This document shows positions 16,595 through 27,763 of a DNA stretch of 42,992 nucleotides, one piece after another. The notes under the pieces are model-generated. The model was given only the letters and a program-made list of their open reading frames with translations. It was not told the origin of the DNA and did no database searches. The DNA is from a virus. Lineage: Duplodnaviria > Caudoviricetes. The position numbers and the translations under genes are program-made. The stretch lies in IMG/VR virus record IMGVR_UViG_3300042264_000081; one strand, 5' to 3'. Within the stretch, counting starts at the first letter, position 1, and the number at the start of each line of letters is the position of its first letter.

Positions 16595-19162
16595 TTATCG
16601 TGGGATTGTATGAAACGTATAGAACAGTAGACCAGTAGTTAGTGCTGTTTTATTTGACACAGTTACAAGAACGTTTGTTCCTGGATCACGAGCCGCAATA
16701 GTTGGTGTATTTAAAGCACCCAGAGTCGCCACAGCAAGATTGTGATTAGCCACCACTGAATCATCATTTACTGCCGCTGCGGTTGAAATAAAACCACTAC
16801 TTAAGCTAGGAGTACCGCCACTTGGCACCACAACTACCTGCTCTGTTATTATTGCAACTATCTGTCCAACTCGGGCAGTATATACGGGAACGAAATTGAC
16901 AGTTCTCATATCGAGAACCGCCGTATATTGCAATCCAGTTCGAAGCGAAGTTGAGGCGTTCGTAAACGTTCCTCCACCTGTCCGCCCACGTGATCCGATA
17001 AAAGGATCTAAGCAATTCGAAGCGATATCAAAGCTAGTCGCAATGGCACCAATTACATGATAATTGTCAATAGTGAAACGATCGCTATCAACGAGCTTCA
17101 CCATAGTAGTTGAAGTTGCTCCCGCAGCAATTTCGACTTTGAGATTATTAACAGAACAATCATCGGAACCATTAAAATCTACAGCAATACCATTAGTTGG
17201 CAGTTCTTTAATAGTAAGATTGGTAACTTGATGATCGTCTCCATTATTAGAGAAGAATCCTTTTACGCAACGAATCGCGTTAATGTTATTCCATACCGCC
17301 TTGCTACCATCTTGTGCACCCGCCGCAGTGTGGAAATCAATTACTGTAATATTATTATATGTATTTGAAAATGCGTCGTTACCGGAACTATCATCTTTGT
17401 GCTGGACCGCAATACGGGTTATTTCGTCCCCTTCATACAGTTCAAAATGCATGTTGCTATATATGTTGCCATGACAACCATTTGACGTTAATCCATGACT
17501 CCATAATTTATATGCACTGAAATTCTCCAAAACGTTACCAGTCGCTTCTGTCGCCAAACGCCCCGACGAGCTTCTGTTGTCGCTGAGATGAAACTTGTGA
17601 GAAGCCCCAACGCCATCGGCTGTTATATCGATATATATGCCTCTGATTGCATTATAATGTGAAGAAGCCACTCGAATCGCGTTCTCGTTCAACGCTACAA
17701 GCCAATAATAAACATCATGGGTGAGCCCTCCAATGGAAGTACCCCCTCCATTGTCGTACCTCATTACCTCGCCCTGCGCACGCCCATGCGCCGTCAGGGT
17801 GATTGAATCTGTTACAGGATCAACATCGCTCGACCCGTCGAAAGTAATAGGAATAGTTCCGTCGTTGGCGGCGACGGTGTAGGCAATACCGGTCATTTCT
17901 CCGTAGGCACCATCAAGTATACAATTATTGCATCCATCCATGCTTATGACGCCGCCGCCTCTTTCCGCTTCGTAATCCACCACAATCTCATTGATGTGCT
18001 TAATATTGCGGAACGATGTGTTGTCACAATCCAGTGCCCATACCGTCCGATCATCAATATTGGTGCCGACGATGTTCTCAATGAGGCTATCGTGGACCGA
18101 ATTAAAGTAGATCCCTGCATATGTTCCGTTATTGGCTCGTGCAGTCTGCTTCAGTCCAAAATTACGAAGCCGAACGCCAGTTAATGGGTTGGCAAGAGTC
18201 CCGTTAAATACCATCAATACGAATCCGCTTGGCGTGCCGAAGTGAAGAATACTACTATACGGATCAATCCCCTCAATGCTCACATTGCTTCTACCGATGA
18301 TTGAACTATCGAAATAGTAGGTTTCGAAACCGATCATAAGCGAGATGGATGCCGATGTGCTGGCGATCAGTGCATTGAGTTTAGTTGTATTGGAACTTGC
18401 GTTCCCTGCACCGGTACGCATACCGATCTGGGAAAAATTATAGCAGGACGACCCACTTAACTGCTTCCAACGATTACCATTGTTATCAACTACAGTAAAT
18501 CTTCCGGTACTGTCGAAACGCTCTGATACCGTCGAGTTATCGGTTCCGTCCTTATAATACATACCTTCGCCGCCGTCGCCCGGTGTATAATACCCTTTTA
18601 ATAAGACATGGCTTGGCGATTCCGCTAATTCTAATAGCGTTAATTCTTCAACCGATTCCAACTCAACGGTAGTAATTCCCTGTCCTATCGTCGCTGGTGT
18701 ATATAATTTAACATCGGAGGCTGCGTCAAATCCGAATATTTTGTTCGCTCTCTGCGTTGGTATCTCCAATTCTCCGGATGTATCTGTGATTTCTAACTTT
18801 AACGATCTGTCAATATCCCTGTTATGCTCTTGAAGCTTCATCCACAATCTATCGATATCTTCATTAATGTTTACCGCACGGTATGCGCCTTCTTCCTGAT
18901 AATCGATAGTTCTTACCGTTGGGATTTCACGATACATAACAATGACCGCACCTGAAGATGGCACGTGATCTGTTATGAATGTTACGGTTCCGCCATTATC
19001 TTCACCTTCACCGGTAACGTTATAATCTGTTCCTCTAACCTTTAGTGTTCCATCAACATAAACAACTATGTCGTCTTTTTCAAATATCTCAAACGGATAA
19101 GAGAATGACGCTTGCCCAGAACTTATGTATTGAACACGTGTTACATTATTTTCAATAGCCAC
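16595..19162 (-). CDS. tail fibre/tailspike with T7-type N-terminal anchor and beta-helix (depolymerase-like) body
   Basis: FSYPFEIF...VYVDG...DYNVTG N-terminus, GYYTPGDGGEG motif, parallel beta-helix repeats. Confidence 0.88.
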   Translation of the reverse strand: MAIENNVTRVQYISSGQASFSYPFEIFEKDDIVVYVDGTLKVRGTDYNVTGEGEDNGGTVTFITDHVPSSGAVIVMYREIPTVRTIDYQEEGAYRAVNINEDIDRLWMKLQEHNRDIDRSLKLEITDTSGELEIPTQRANKIFGFDAASDVKLYTPATIGQGITTVELESVEELTLLELAESPSHVLLKGYYTPGDGGEGMYYKDGTDNSTVSERFDSTGRFTVVDNNGNRWKQLSGSSCYNFSQIGMRTGAGNASSNTTKLNALIASTSASISLMIGFETYYFDSSIIGRSNVSIEGIDPYSSILHFGTPSGFVLMVFNGTLANPLTGVRLRNFGLKQTARANNGTYAGIYFNSVHDSLIENIVGTNIDDRTVWALDCDNTSFRNIKHINEIVVDYEAERGGGVISMDGCNNCILDGAYGEMTGIAYTVAANDGTIPITFDGSSDVDPVTDSITLTAHGRAQGEVMRYDNGGGTSIGGLTHDVYYWLVALNENAIRVASSHYNAIRGIYIDITADGVGASHKFHLSDNRSSSGRLATEATGNVLENFSAYKLWSHGLTSNGCHGNIYSNMHFELYEGDEITRIAVQHKDDSSGNDAFSNTYNNITVIDFHTAAGAQDGSKAVWNNINAIRCVKGFFSNNGDDHQVTNLTIKELPTNGIAVDFNGSDDCSVNNLKVEIAAGATSTTMVKLVDSDRFTIDNYHVIGAIATSFDIASNCLDPFIGSRGRTGGGTFTNASTSLRTGLQYTAVLDMRTVNFVPVYTARVGQIVAIITEQVVVVPSGGTPSLSSGFISTAAAVNDDSVVANHNLAVATLGALNTPTIAARDPGTNVLVTVSNKTALTTGLLFYTFHTIPR

Positions 19163-19198
19163 ATTTTTTGCCTCACGTTCTTTTCATTATTTATGCAA

Positions 19199-21688
19199 TT
19201 ACCTAAACCATTCATCTACCCAATCTTCACGACCGGCTTTCTTTAGGTATCTCTTTCTTGCTCTTTGCTTTCTTTCCCATGCATTCGCATCGATAACTCG
19301 CTCAATGGTATCATCAACCAACTTACGTGTTGCCAATTCCGCATAGAAATTATTAAGACCTACAACGCTTCTTCCGTACTTAGAAATCTTTCCGCCAGCT
19401 TGGCTAAGTTCTTCCGTATCAAAACCAGAAGCTATAGGATCTACAACAATTTCTTTCAACAAATCATACATTACGTTTGTAACCGGAGTGAGTTTAGCGA
19501 GTGTGGCTAACTGAGTGGCCCTTGGTCCAAGTTCTTCACCTTGCACGAATGCAGCAACCTTAGCCGGGCTATCGATTCCCATGATATGCATGATTGCTGT
19601 TCCCATGATTGGGATAACGTCCTGTCTCCCAAGGCTCATTAAGAAGAAATCATAATTGAATTCCCCTTTATCATTCACCAACGGTGTAGGTGTTTGTCCC
19701 CTTGCTAACTCACGTGACCATGAATTAATCACACCGAGAACCATTCCACTAAGAACCATTGTTGCAAGCATCTTCGCTTTTACACCGCCAGAAATGTTAC
19801 CTCTTCTATAGCTTATCATCGGTTTCCAGATAGCTTGATATGAGGAAGCACCATACTTCATGAACTGTCCGCCATATCGCACCATCTCGCCAGCAGCGGT
19901 ACCAGATTGAATATGACGCATCATCAATCTATCAGCATGGGCATTATCAAATATAACGGCTTGTCTAGATTCACCAGTTAGATAAACCATAAGCTTATCT
20001 GCAAACTCTGCATCCCTTGCTTTTAATCCATCTAGATCAATGAACTTTTCCCCTTTGAAATGGTCATATGATTTCGTTGGTACCTTTCCGCTAACATTAT
20101 TCCATGCATCTTCTGTGATACCTGAGTCACGCAACTGAGTTTGTAAGTTAGGGTTTTTCTTACCCATGCTTTCCCAATCCATACCCCAGACACGTCCGAG
20201 TTTTGCACGCAATGAGGTTTCATAGGCTTGCCTCATAGCTTCTGAGAACTGAGGCATACCAGTAGCGGTAATCACCTGAGAAAATTTCTGATTAACTTTG
20301 TTGAAGCCGCCGCCTTCCGCACCTAAACGGATCAACATATTTGACGTAGCATTGAATGCGGATTCATGAACTATCTTTTGATCTGCTAGGAATTCAAACA
20401 TTTCTTCTTTGTTCTTTACCGTCTTCATAGCGATACTAATTGTTTTGAACGGGTTTATATCATTAGCAAAACCTCTAGCTATGCTGTTAATCGGATCACC
20501 GAACACAGATGAAATCACAGACGAACCAAGTAGGAGAGCACTTGTTCCGGTTCTGGCAACGCTGCCTGTCTTTCCCCAATTCACCCAATCATCAATATTT
20601 CTTGGACCAGTTATGTTCGAATGACTAGCCACATTCCATGTCTGTTCGAATTGTTGAGCGGATTTGTCCCTTCCTTGACTTCTCAACCAGCTTGCTATTT
20701 GTCGTCTTCCTGCGGCTGGCTTTGGTCCGAATATCTTAACTTCCGCAATGTCACTAGCGACGGAATGCAGATAACCGAATATCCCTGAAATCATGTCATC
20801 AGGTCCGAAACGTTCCATGATTTCGGGCCAAGCTTCGTCGGTGTAATGAAAGACACGTGAATGAGAATGGTTCAAACCGGTTGCACCGAATGAATTACCG
20901 TCGAACTTCCTTGCACCATTTTTAAGGAATTCATGATACGTACCTAATGCCATACGTAATTCGTGATCCGTCCAAGGCTGTTGTGTTAGCGGGTTGTTCT
21001 TTGTTCTATCAATTCTTACAAACATGTAATCAACGAATTCATCCTTCTGCACCATAAGCTTTTTGCCTTCATAAAGCTTATTCCAATCCAAATGCTGCAT
21101 CTTGTAATTCTTTATTTCACCTACATCTATTCCGGCTTTCGTCATCATGTCATGCGAAGTTGCCGCTAACTTTTTCCAAGCTTCGGCATACGCTAAAGCC
21201 TCTACGTCTTTGGTTCCTTTTCCCGATAGTGCGTTAATGAATTCGCTACTTACTCGCTTACGTTCCTTGATGCCCCAGGTTGTCAACGGCTCTAGGATGC
21301 TAGGCAACCATTTGTCTCTATACGGAGCTATGTTATCCGCAATCGATGAAACCAAGTCACGTTCAATGGACGCCTTATAATCCATATAGTTACCTTGATC
21401 ATTAAGCTTTCCAAATGGGTCACGCTCAATCAGATAGTTAGCTGCATATTCTTTAGGATGCGCCTTAATCCTTTCAATCCATCCTTCGGTTTTCGCAATG
21501 GTATCAACGGTTTCTTGTCTCTGTTTAAGACGCTTAAACTTCTCTTTCTCTGTTACAATCTTCAATGCATTGCGGATTTCAAGTTCGCCAACCAATCCAT
21601 TATCTCTAATATATTGATCGGTTAGTTCCTTAACTTCGTCTCTTATGCTTTGTCTTACCTTGGAATTGTCCAAACAGTTCATATTCAT
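19199..21688 (-). CDS. internal virion (ejection) protein
   Basis: Large helical protein between the other ejection genes and the tail fibre; positional call. Confidence 0.65.
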   Translation of the reverse strand: MNMNCLDNSKVRQSIRDEVKELTDQYIRDNGLVGELEIRNALKIVTEKEKFKRLKQRQETVDTIAKTEGWIERIKAHPKEYAANYLIERDPFGKLNDQGNYMDYKASIERDLVSSIADNIAPYRDKWLPSILEPLTTWGIKERKRVSSEFINALSGKGTKDVEALAYAEAWKKLAATSHDMMTKAGIDVGEIKNYKMQHLDWNKLYEGKKLMVQKDEFVDYMFVRIDRTKNNPLTQQPWTDHELRMALGTYHEFLKNGARKFDGNSFGATGLNHSHSRVFHYTDEAWPEIMERFGPDDMISGIFGYLHSVASDIAEVKIFGPKPAAGRRQIASWLRSQGRDKSAQQFEQTWNVASHSNITGPRNIDDWVNWGKTGSVARTGTSALLLGSSVISSVFGDPINSIARGFANDINPFKTISIAMKTVKNKEEMFEFLADQKIVHESAFNATSNMLIRLGAEGGGFNKVNQKFSQVITATGMPQFSEAMRQAYETSLRAKLGRVWGMDWESMGKKNPNLQTQLRDSGITEDAWNNVSGKVPTKSYDHFKGEKFIDLDGLKARDAEFADKLMVYLTGESRQAVIFDNAHADRLMMRHIQSGTAAGEMVRYGGQFMKYGASSYQAIWKPMISYRRGNISGGVKAKMLATMVLSGMVLGVINSWSRELARGQTPTPLVNDKGEFNYDFFLMSLGRQDVIPIMGTAIMHIMGIDSPAKVAAFVQGEELGPRATQLATLAKLTPVTNVMYDLLKEIVVDPIASGFDTEELSQAGGKISKYGRSVVGLNNFYAELATRKLVDDTIERVIDANAWERKQRARKRYLKKAGREDWVDEWFR

Positions 21689-23481
21689 GTTGCTTGCCCC
21701 ACTATGCAGCTTAATACGTCATCTAAGGTATCTATGTCTTCCTTTAAGTCAGTGAAGAATTTATCAGCTAACACTTCTTCACCAGTCATAGGATCAATAA
21801 CTTTCTGCCCCTTGTATTTCATAGCAAATTCTTCGGCAAACTTTGTATACATAGGTTCATCCCATTTGTTTGCTTTCGCGAAATAGTCTCTAACGCTTTG
21901 TCTTACGGTTTCGAAATTGTTTACCTCATTGAATGTTGCCATTCTTTCAGCGGCTCTAGATTCCCCCACCTTATTAAGGAAATTCGAATACGCCTGTCTC
22001 TTTTCTAAGTTACCTTCACGCAATTTAATGTCACCGTTGGCAAACTCTTCATATATTCCTTTATCAATAACCGGTAAATCACGGAACTCTCTTCTGACTT
22101 CATATTTTTCACGCAATACCTGAGTTTCATTTCCTTCCGCTTCTAGCTTCTGGATACGCGATATCTTGTCGTTCAACGATTGTTGACGCAATGACAAAGG
22201 CTCAACTATCCCATTGTCTGCATTATCTAATAATGTCTTTAGTTCCTGTTTTTCGGCATCAGTAAGGAACGTTAATTCGTCTATTGGTTTGAATGGGTTT
22301 GGTTCTGAAACCGAGAATGAGAATTCGTCAGATATTTTATATTCATCTTCGGTAATTATCATATTCTCAATGTTAGGTTCTTCCTCTTGCATTTGCGCAG
22401 CCATCTTCTGAATGTTAGCTCTATGCGTTTCGAGTGACATGCCTTCCGGTCTAGAGGCTTCCAGTTCAACACGTTCACGCAACACCTGTAGTTCGGTTAG
22501 TTGGTTACTAGGTGCCCTTGTTTCAGCGATCTTGATAACATCATCAATCGCTTTCAAACGAATTTCAGGATCTATATCAATACGTTCATCCAATGAAACC
22601 CTTACGTCTTCACGAAATTTGGTGGCGGTTGGTTCGTCCAATCCCCTGTATCGGTTTCGGATAACCTCCCTCCCTGCCCTTCCAAGGCGACGCAATCCCG
22701 CGCCCAAGGCGATAGGAGCGGCACCTAGAGCAAGCGTACCCACACCGGCCCCTATAGCCTCGCTAGTGGTCGCGGCTTCCGCTTCCGCCCAGGTCATGCC
22801 CGAACGAACACGACCGCGTTCTAGACCCTTAGAAATTCGGTACTGATCCGCAGCCGTAAGCCCGGCTTCCGCTGTCAGGATTCCCAAGGTGGCAGGTATC
22901 GAGAGTCCGCCAGATGCAACCGCAAGCGTAGCCGCACCTGCCATGATCATGACTTGGGTTGGTTCCGTGAACATCGCAGCAGTTCCGGCTATCGTCTCAT
23001 TGATAAGGTTGCCAGACCAATGACCGCCTTCCGTTGCCTCATTATATGCCTTTTCTTTTCGTTCTTGCTCCTTGTACATTTCATGTTGCAAATCATCGAT
23101 GGTTTTAAGATTCGATAGATCGGGATTATCGTTCCTTAATTGTGCAATTCTTTCATTATATTCTTTCAATCTTTGTTGATCGCTTTCCCTCATTTGCTCA
23201 GGTGAATTGAATAAACCTCTTTGAGCAAATGGGACCGCTTCATATTCACCAAATGAACGCTTCCATGCATCAATAGGAAATTCTATATCAATATTCCTTT
23301 CCTTTAATATTTCCGCCTGTTCCCCGTATAACTTATCAACCCTTCCGCCTTCCGACCAAGAAGTATCGATGAACGTTTTCTCCCATATAGGCGAGAAGCT
23401 TTCACCGATTGTTACCGGTGCCGCACCTGATTTAGTTGTTTCGTCACGTCTTAATAGTTCTTCTGTGTTATTCCAAAACAT
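21685..23481 (-). CDS. internal virion (ejection) protein
   Basis: Coupled to the next gene; hydrophobic Ala/Gly-rich central segment. Confidence 0.6.
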   Translation of the reverse strand: MFWNNTEELLRRDETTKSGAAPVTIGESFSPIWEKTFIDTSWSEGGRVDKLYGEQAEILKERNIDIEFPIDAWKRSFGEYEAVPFAQRGLFNSPEQMRESDQQRLKEYNERIAQLRNDNPDLSNLKTIDDLQHEMYKEQERKEKAYNEATEGGHWSGNLINETIAGTAAMFTEPTQVMIMAGAATLAVASGGLSIPATLGILTAEAGLTAADQYRISKGLERGRVRSGMTWAEAEAATTSEAIGAGVGTLALGAAPIALGAGLRRLGRAGREVIRNRYRGLDEPTATKFREDVRVSLDERIDIDPEIRLKAIDDVIKIAETRAPSNQLTELQVLRERVELEASRPEGMSLETHRANIQKMAAQMQEEEPNIENMIITEDEYKISDEFSFSVSEPNPFKPIDELTFLTDAEKQELKTLLDNADNGIVEPLSLRQQSLNDKISRIQKLEAEGNETQVLREKYEVRREFRDLPVIDKGIYEEFANGDIKLREGNLEKRQAYSNFLNKVGESRAAERMATFNEVNNFETVRQSVRDYFAKANKWDEPMYTKFAEEFAMKYKGQKVIDPMTGEEVLADKFFTDLKEDIDTLDDVLSCIVGQAT

Positions 23482-23484
23482 TCA

Positions 23485-26241
23485 TTATTCTTCCGGTTGA
23501 TTATCATATTTTCTTTCACCCGATTCACTTACGAAACCAAGCGCAGACCACTTTCTATCATATTCCACTTTACCCAAAAGCGTTCCGAATCTTACAATGA
23601 ATGGATCACGGCTTTCTTGTTTCTTAATAATCTTCGGATTACCTAACGAATCTCTGTACTCCAATCCATAAACGATACCTTCGCCATCGTCATAAAGAGG
23701 AACAAGTTTAGAATGATTGTAAATCCATGAAGCGTTTCTAACAATTCCTCTGTCATCAACCGGGTTTGCACCGCCATTCATTCCAATCAAATCAGTGTCA
23801 GTGAAATCTTTAAACTCATCTTCCATTTCAGAAACAGAAGCGCCGTATTTGTAAGGTATGATATCGAATGAACCGACACCGGTTCTCATACTCATATCAT
23901 CCGTACCGAATACCAAAGCAACCGCACTATCTAATATGCCTTCATCGTAATCTTTCTCGTCTGGATCGATGCCCGCATCCAAGGAAAGTTTTGCATAAGC
24001 GGACCATACCAAATCATTGTATGCAGCGGTTCCCCTTCCACCGGTTCTATCAGGAACTATAGAAGTTATCTTTGAATTGATAACTCTCTTGATACCAGCT
24101 TCATCACGGATCAAACCTTTGTTATTATCCAACCAAGTTCTACCTTCCAATATGATATTGAACGCATTCTGTTCTTCCATATTGTCACTAGCTGCCATCT
24201 TCATCATAAGAGCAACGGAAGGCTGTTCCTTAGCAACTCTTTTAACAACTGAGTTTACTAACTTAGGATCACCGTTTGTAAGGTTCTTAATGTATTCAAC
24301 CTTAGTTCTACGTTCGCCTAGGTCCGCAACTTCCCATTCATTTTTAAATCTCTTAACGTCATCCGCAGATATGATTTGTGAAGGATCACTTGTTACCGCT
24401 GTACGTGAATATCTGGCATCCTTAGCCATGTCCGGGTTTGAGAAATCATGCGGCACGATGGGGTTAGCCGTTCTCCCTCTAGCTGATTCGTATTCAGGTA
24501 TGGTTCCGTCTTCTTCCGCTTTACGTCTCGCATCAATTTGTTTTTGAATGGCTTCCGTGATTAACATTCCTCTATAAGGATCAACTTCGCCTTCAACCAT
24601 TCTTTGACGTAAATCATCATGTGCTACCTGCATTCGTTCTGCCGTCATGTCGTCACTGTTAGCCAAACCGAAAGCGATATCAGCCGCTTCCGCTCGCATT
24701 GCGAAATCATTGATCTTGTCAGAACCAAGGTTCACACCGGTTGCGATACCTCTAACAATTTCGTCTCTACCGACACCGGTCTTTTCGTAAGCTACAATTT
24801 TATTCGTCATGTCGTCTTCATATCGTGAAAGCTGTTCCTTCCTTGCGGCTTTAGCTGCGGCAAGTTCACGGTTCATTTGCTGTTCAATCTCATTAGCCAT
24901 CTTTTCGCTAACTCGATATGAAACACCGCCAGACATTTTGCCCAATATCTTTTCAGATATCCCAGGTTGTGAAGATCCGTCACCCATCTTGTTAGCAGAC
25001 CATTCCTTTAGATCACCAACGCTTTTACCCTTAAGGAATGGGTTTGCGTTGAGAACCGTAGACGGCAAAACATTATTCAATTGTTGCCCATCATCCTTTT
25101 TAAGAATGTCGATTGCACCGGCTGGCCCAAGGAAATGAGCTAGGTAAACGTTACTATCTGTAGGAGTGATACCAGCTTCGGAAAGTTTTCTTTTGTTCTC
25201 TTCCGCATAACGAATTGTCATATCCCTGGATAATGCAGGGTCATTCCTTAATGCTAGGATTTCTTCACGGCTTTTGCCTTGCACCATCTGCGGTGCATAT
25301 TTGCCCATCATATCAAGCCACGTGGCTTCTATGAACTGGCCCGCTCCTGTAGCAGACGAGTTAGGGTTCTTAGCATCGGCCTTACCGCCACTCTCTACAC
25401 CGATAATCTTATCAACTAATGTATCTGAATTCGATGTATCAGGCGTTTTCAAGAAACCTGATAGAACGGACTTTCTAAATTCCTCTTTTTCCTCAATCGT
25501 TTTGAGTTTTGAGAATTCACCCATAACAGCATTAATAGTTGTGGATTCTCTTTCGTTATCCTTGTACGCAGCCGCCGCCTTGGGACTGATAAGCGGCACA
25601 CCGTCACGTTCACCAGTGGCTTGCGCTAACAATTCGTCTCTGTCTCTTTTCAATTCCTCGATACGTGAACGATTTGTGGAATAATCCAAAGCCAATGAGG
25701 AAATTTCGTTATTCAAATCTGTTATACGTGTCGTGATAACCGCTGATTGTCTCTCAATATCAAGCTTGAAGTTCTCTTCATTCGCCTTGTTACCGATAGC
25801 CGCAATCTTTTCATTCGTTTTTAAAAGAACTTCGCTTCTATATCTCTGAGGAACAGATGATATGAATTGATTTCTAAATTCTAACGTTTTTTTATCGAGT
25901 TCCGCAGGATTATGAAAGTTGCTTCTGTAAATTTCTGATAGTGACTTATCTAATTCCACTTGCTTTTGGCTAAGGAATGCCAATCGAGCCCCCTTATTAT
26001 AAGCCTCACTCGCATTGGTACGCATACCAAGGAAGCCGGACTTTTCTTCGACCGCGTTAGGTGAATTGGTTTGCTCGTCTAAACCTCTATCAAATGATTC
26101 CTTTTCTACAATCTCAGTAGCTTCTTTCATAAATGCATTCGAAAGATCATCGAATATTGGCGATGCATCTGGTACCTGTCTTGGAAACGGTACGCTGCCT
26201 AATTGAAATGGACGCGCTGTTTTGATATCTACTTTTGCCAT
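23485..26241 (-). CDS. internal virion protein with a lytic transglycosylase domain
   Basis: IIGVESGG...NPNSSATGAGQFIEATW...YLAHFLGPAGA motif (~24985-25420). Confidence 0.8.
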   Translation of the reverse strand: MAKVDIKTARPFQLGSVPFPRQVPDASPIFDDLSNAFMKEATEIVEKESFDRGLDEQTNSPNAVEEKSGFLGMRTNASEAYNKGARLAFLSQKQVELDKSLSEIYRSNFHNPAELDKKTLEFRNQFISSVPQRYRSEVLLKTNEKIAAIGNKANEENFKLDIERQSAVITTRITDLNNEISSLALDYSTNRSRIEELKRDRDELLAQATGERDGVPLISPKAAAAYKDNERESTTINAVMGEFSKLKTIEEKEEFRKSVLSGFLKTPDTSNSDTLVDKIIGVESGGKADAKNPNSSATGAGQFIEATWLDMMGKYAPQMVQGKSREEILALRNDPALSRDMTIRYAEENKRKLSEAGITPTDSNVYLAHFLGPAGAIDILKKDDGQQLNNVLPSTVLNANPFLKGKSVGDLKEWSANKMGDGSSQPGISEKILGKMSGGVSYRVSEKMANEIEQQMNRELAAAKAARKEQLSRYEDDMTNKIVAYEKTGVGRDEIVRGIATGVNLGSDKINDFAMRAEAADIAFGLANSDDMTAERMQVAHDDLRQRMVEGEVDPYRGMLITEAIQKQIDARRKAEEDGTIPEYESARGRTANPIVPHDFSNPDMAKDARYSRTAVTSDPSQIISADDVKRFKNEWEVADLGERRTKVEYIKNLTNGDPKLVNSVVKRVAKEQPSVALMMKMAASDNMEEQNAFNIILEGRTWLDNNKGLIRDEAGIKRVINSKITSIVPDRTGGRGTAAYNDLVWSAYAKLSLDAGIDPDEKDYDEGILDSAVALVFGTDDMSMRTGVGSFDIIPYKYGASVSEMEDEFKDFTDTDLIGMNGGANPVDDRGIVRNASWIYNHSKLVPLYDDGEGIVYGLEYRDSLGNPKIIKKQESRDPFIVRFGTLLGKVEYDRKWSALGFVSESGERKYDNQPEE

Positions 26242-26262
26242 ATGTTTTTATTTCCTTTCCTA

Positions 26263-26775
26263 TCAAACACCGCCAACCATACGGCCTGATTTACTGTCAA
26301 CGATACCAGACGAGTAACCTATTCTTCCCAAATTACTGGAACCGGAACTAAACCAACTGTCCCCCACACCGGAACTAGCCATGCTTTTACCGGCACTTAA
26401 TATTGTGCCCAGGTTCTTTTGACCAGCGGCTTTAACGGTGTTCTTAGCGGACGTATTCAAACTATCAACGGTTGCTCTCGTATTGAACCTATCGTTGAAC
26501 TGTTCGTATGAATATTCTTTTTCCTGATCGTCTAGAACCGGATCTGTACCGATGAAGGCGTCACCGCCAGATGCCGCAAAGTTGGCGATTGCCGAACCTC
26601 TGGCCCTAGCGGCTTCCCTGGATCTGTCCGCGCTACGCAAGTGGTATGCGTCACGCTCCATACGTGCCCTATCGTTGATGGCGTTCGCTTCCGCCTTAGC
26701 CGCTGAGTTAGTGGACGCAATGGAAGCGATTGTCGATATTGCTGTTAATGCAATCATGGCGGGTAATCCACACAC
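26263..26775 (-). CDS. internal virion protein, T7 gp14-like
   Basis: MCG+hydrophobic N-terminus, Ala-rich, first gene of the ejection operon; AGGAG RBS. Confidence 0.7.
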   Translation of the reverse strand: MCGLPAMIALTAISTIASIASTNSAAKAEANAINDRARMERDAYHLRSADRSREAARARGSAIANFAASGGDAFIGTDPVLDDQEKEYSYEQFNDRFNTRATVDSLNTSAKNTVKAAGQKNLGTILSAGKSMASSGVGDSWFSSGSSNLGRIGYSSGIVDSKSGRMVGGV

Positions 26776-26804
26776 GGAACAGAATCTCCTAATATTTCTA
26801 TTAT

Positions 26805-27326
26805 TTAGGAAATGTTTGCATAGCTCACACCATGCTTTATTTTCCAGACCGCAGTATCATAAACCCCATACTCAGCGGCAATCGATGCAATGGTTTCACC
26901 AGCCTTCAAACGTTTACGAATGTCAGCAATATTATCTCTCAATACCCACTTTCTGATATGGCCCTTTTTAGCTGCATCTTTGGAATTATCCTTATAACTT
27001 CCAACAAATAGATGATCTGGATTGATGCATTGTGGATTATCGCAGCTATGACAAACCACTTTTCCACGAATGTTTAAACCTTTGACAAATCGTGCAATCA
27101 ATCTGTGAACATACAAATTAGCACCTAGTACCTTTCTTTTAATATATCTAGTTTTTACAACGTGACAGCCATCAATCTCGGCGTACTTAATATTTTGAAT
27201 TGCTTCTAAAGCAAGCTTTTTTAGTTTGGTGTTTTTCTTTACCAATTCGATATGACACGGCTTGCACACATGACCGGCTGTTTTATAAGTGGCTTCAAAC
27301 TCATTATTACAAATTTTACAAATCAT
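26805..27326 (-). CDS. HNH endonuclease with N-terminal Zn-finger and C-terminal HTH
   Basis: CKIC...CKPC; YVHRL; VCHSCDNPQCINPDHL. Confidence 0.88.
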   Translation of the reverse strand: MICKICNNEFEATYKTAGHVCKPCHIELVKKNTKLKKLALEAIQNIKYAEIDGCHVVKTRYIKRKVLGANLYVHRLIARFVKGLNIRGKVVCHSCDNPQCINPDHLFVGSYKDNSKDAAKKGHIRKWVLRDNIADIRKRLKAGETIASIAAEYGVYDTAVWKIKHGVSYANIS

Positions 27327-27601
27327 TTTCTTATCTCCCTTTTTGTTCTAGGTATTCCTACCTAAAACTATTTAGAGAGATTCACCAAAAATGGTGTTCA
27401 GCCGTTGATTTCCCTCAGTTTTTTATATGTATCAGGGTCGTACAGTCTTAACTCTGTCATGATATCCGGTTCATATGTACGTGGTCGATATTTAAACGTT
27501 CCAGTTCTTCATATAGCTTTTTGACTTGTTCTAGTGCGTTGTGCATATTCGGTTTCCTCTTTCATTTATTTAACTATTGCTTGCGTTTTTGATGTATAAC
27601 C

Positions 27602-27705
27602 ATAAATAGAATGTGAGAACTTGTTCATTCTCCAAATCGTTTTCTTGTCACTCCTGACTACGCCAGATGGTTTATTCCCTTTCACCATCTGGCGTTTGTT
27701 TTTTT
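27602..27705 (+). ncRNA. candidate small RNA or leader RNA
   Basis: ATAAATA box at 27602, no ORF, 11-bp hairpin 27661-27694 plus T-run. Confidence 0.4.
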
Positions 27706-27763
27706 GAGAACAGCACATAGATTAAGACCGGCACTTTCGCCAAACGACAGAAAGGGAACTGAC

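Noticed and set aside
26805-27326. Group I intron or intein around the HNH genes
   Set aside because: Both HNH ORFs are intergenic and no interrupted host gene is evident
27390-27570. Small minus-strand ORF after the TAAATA box at 27567
   Set aside because: Only ~29 codons before a stop; possibly a frameshifted remnant, not supportable as a gene
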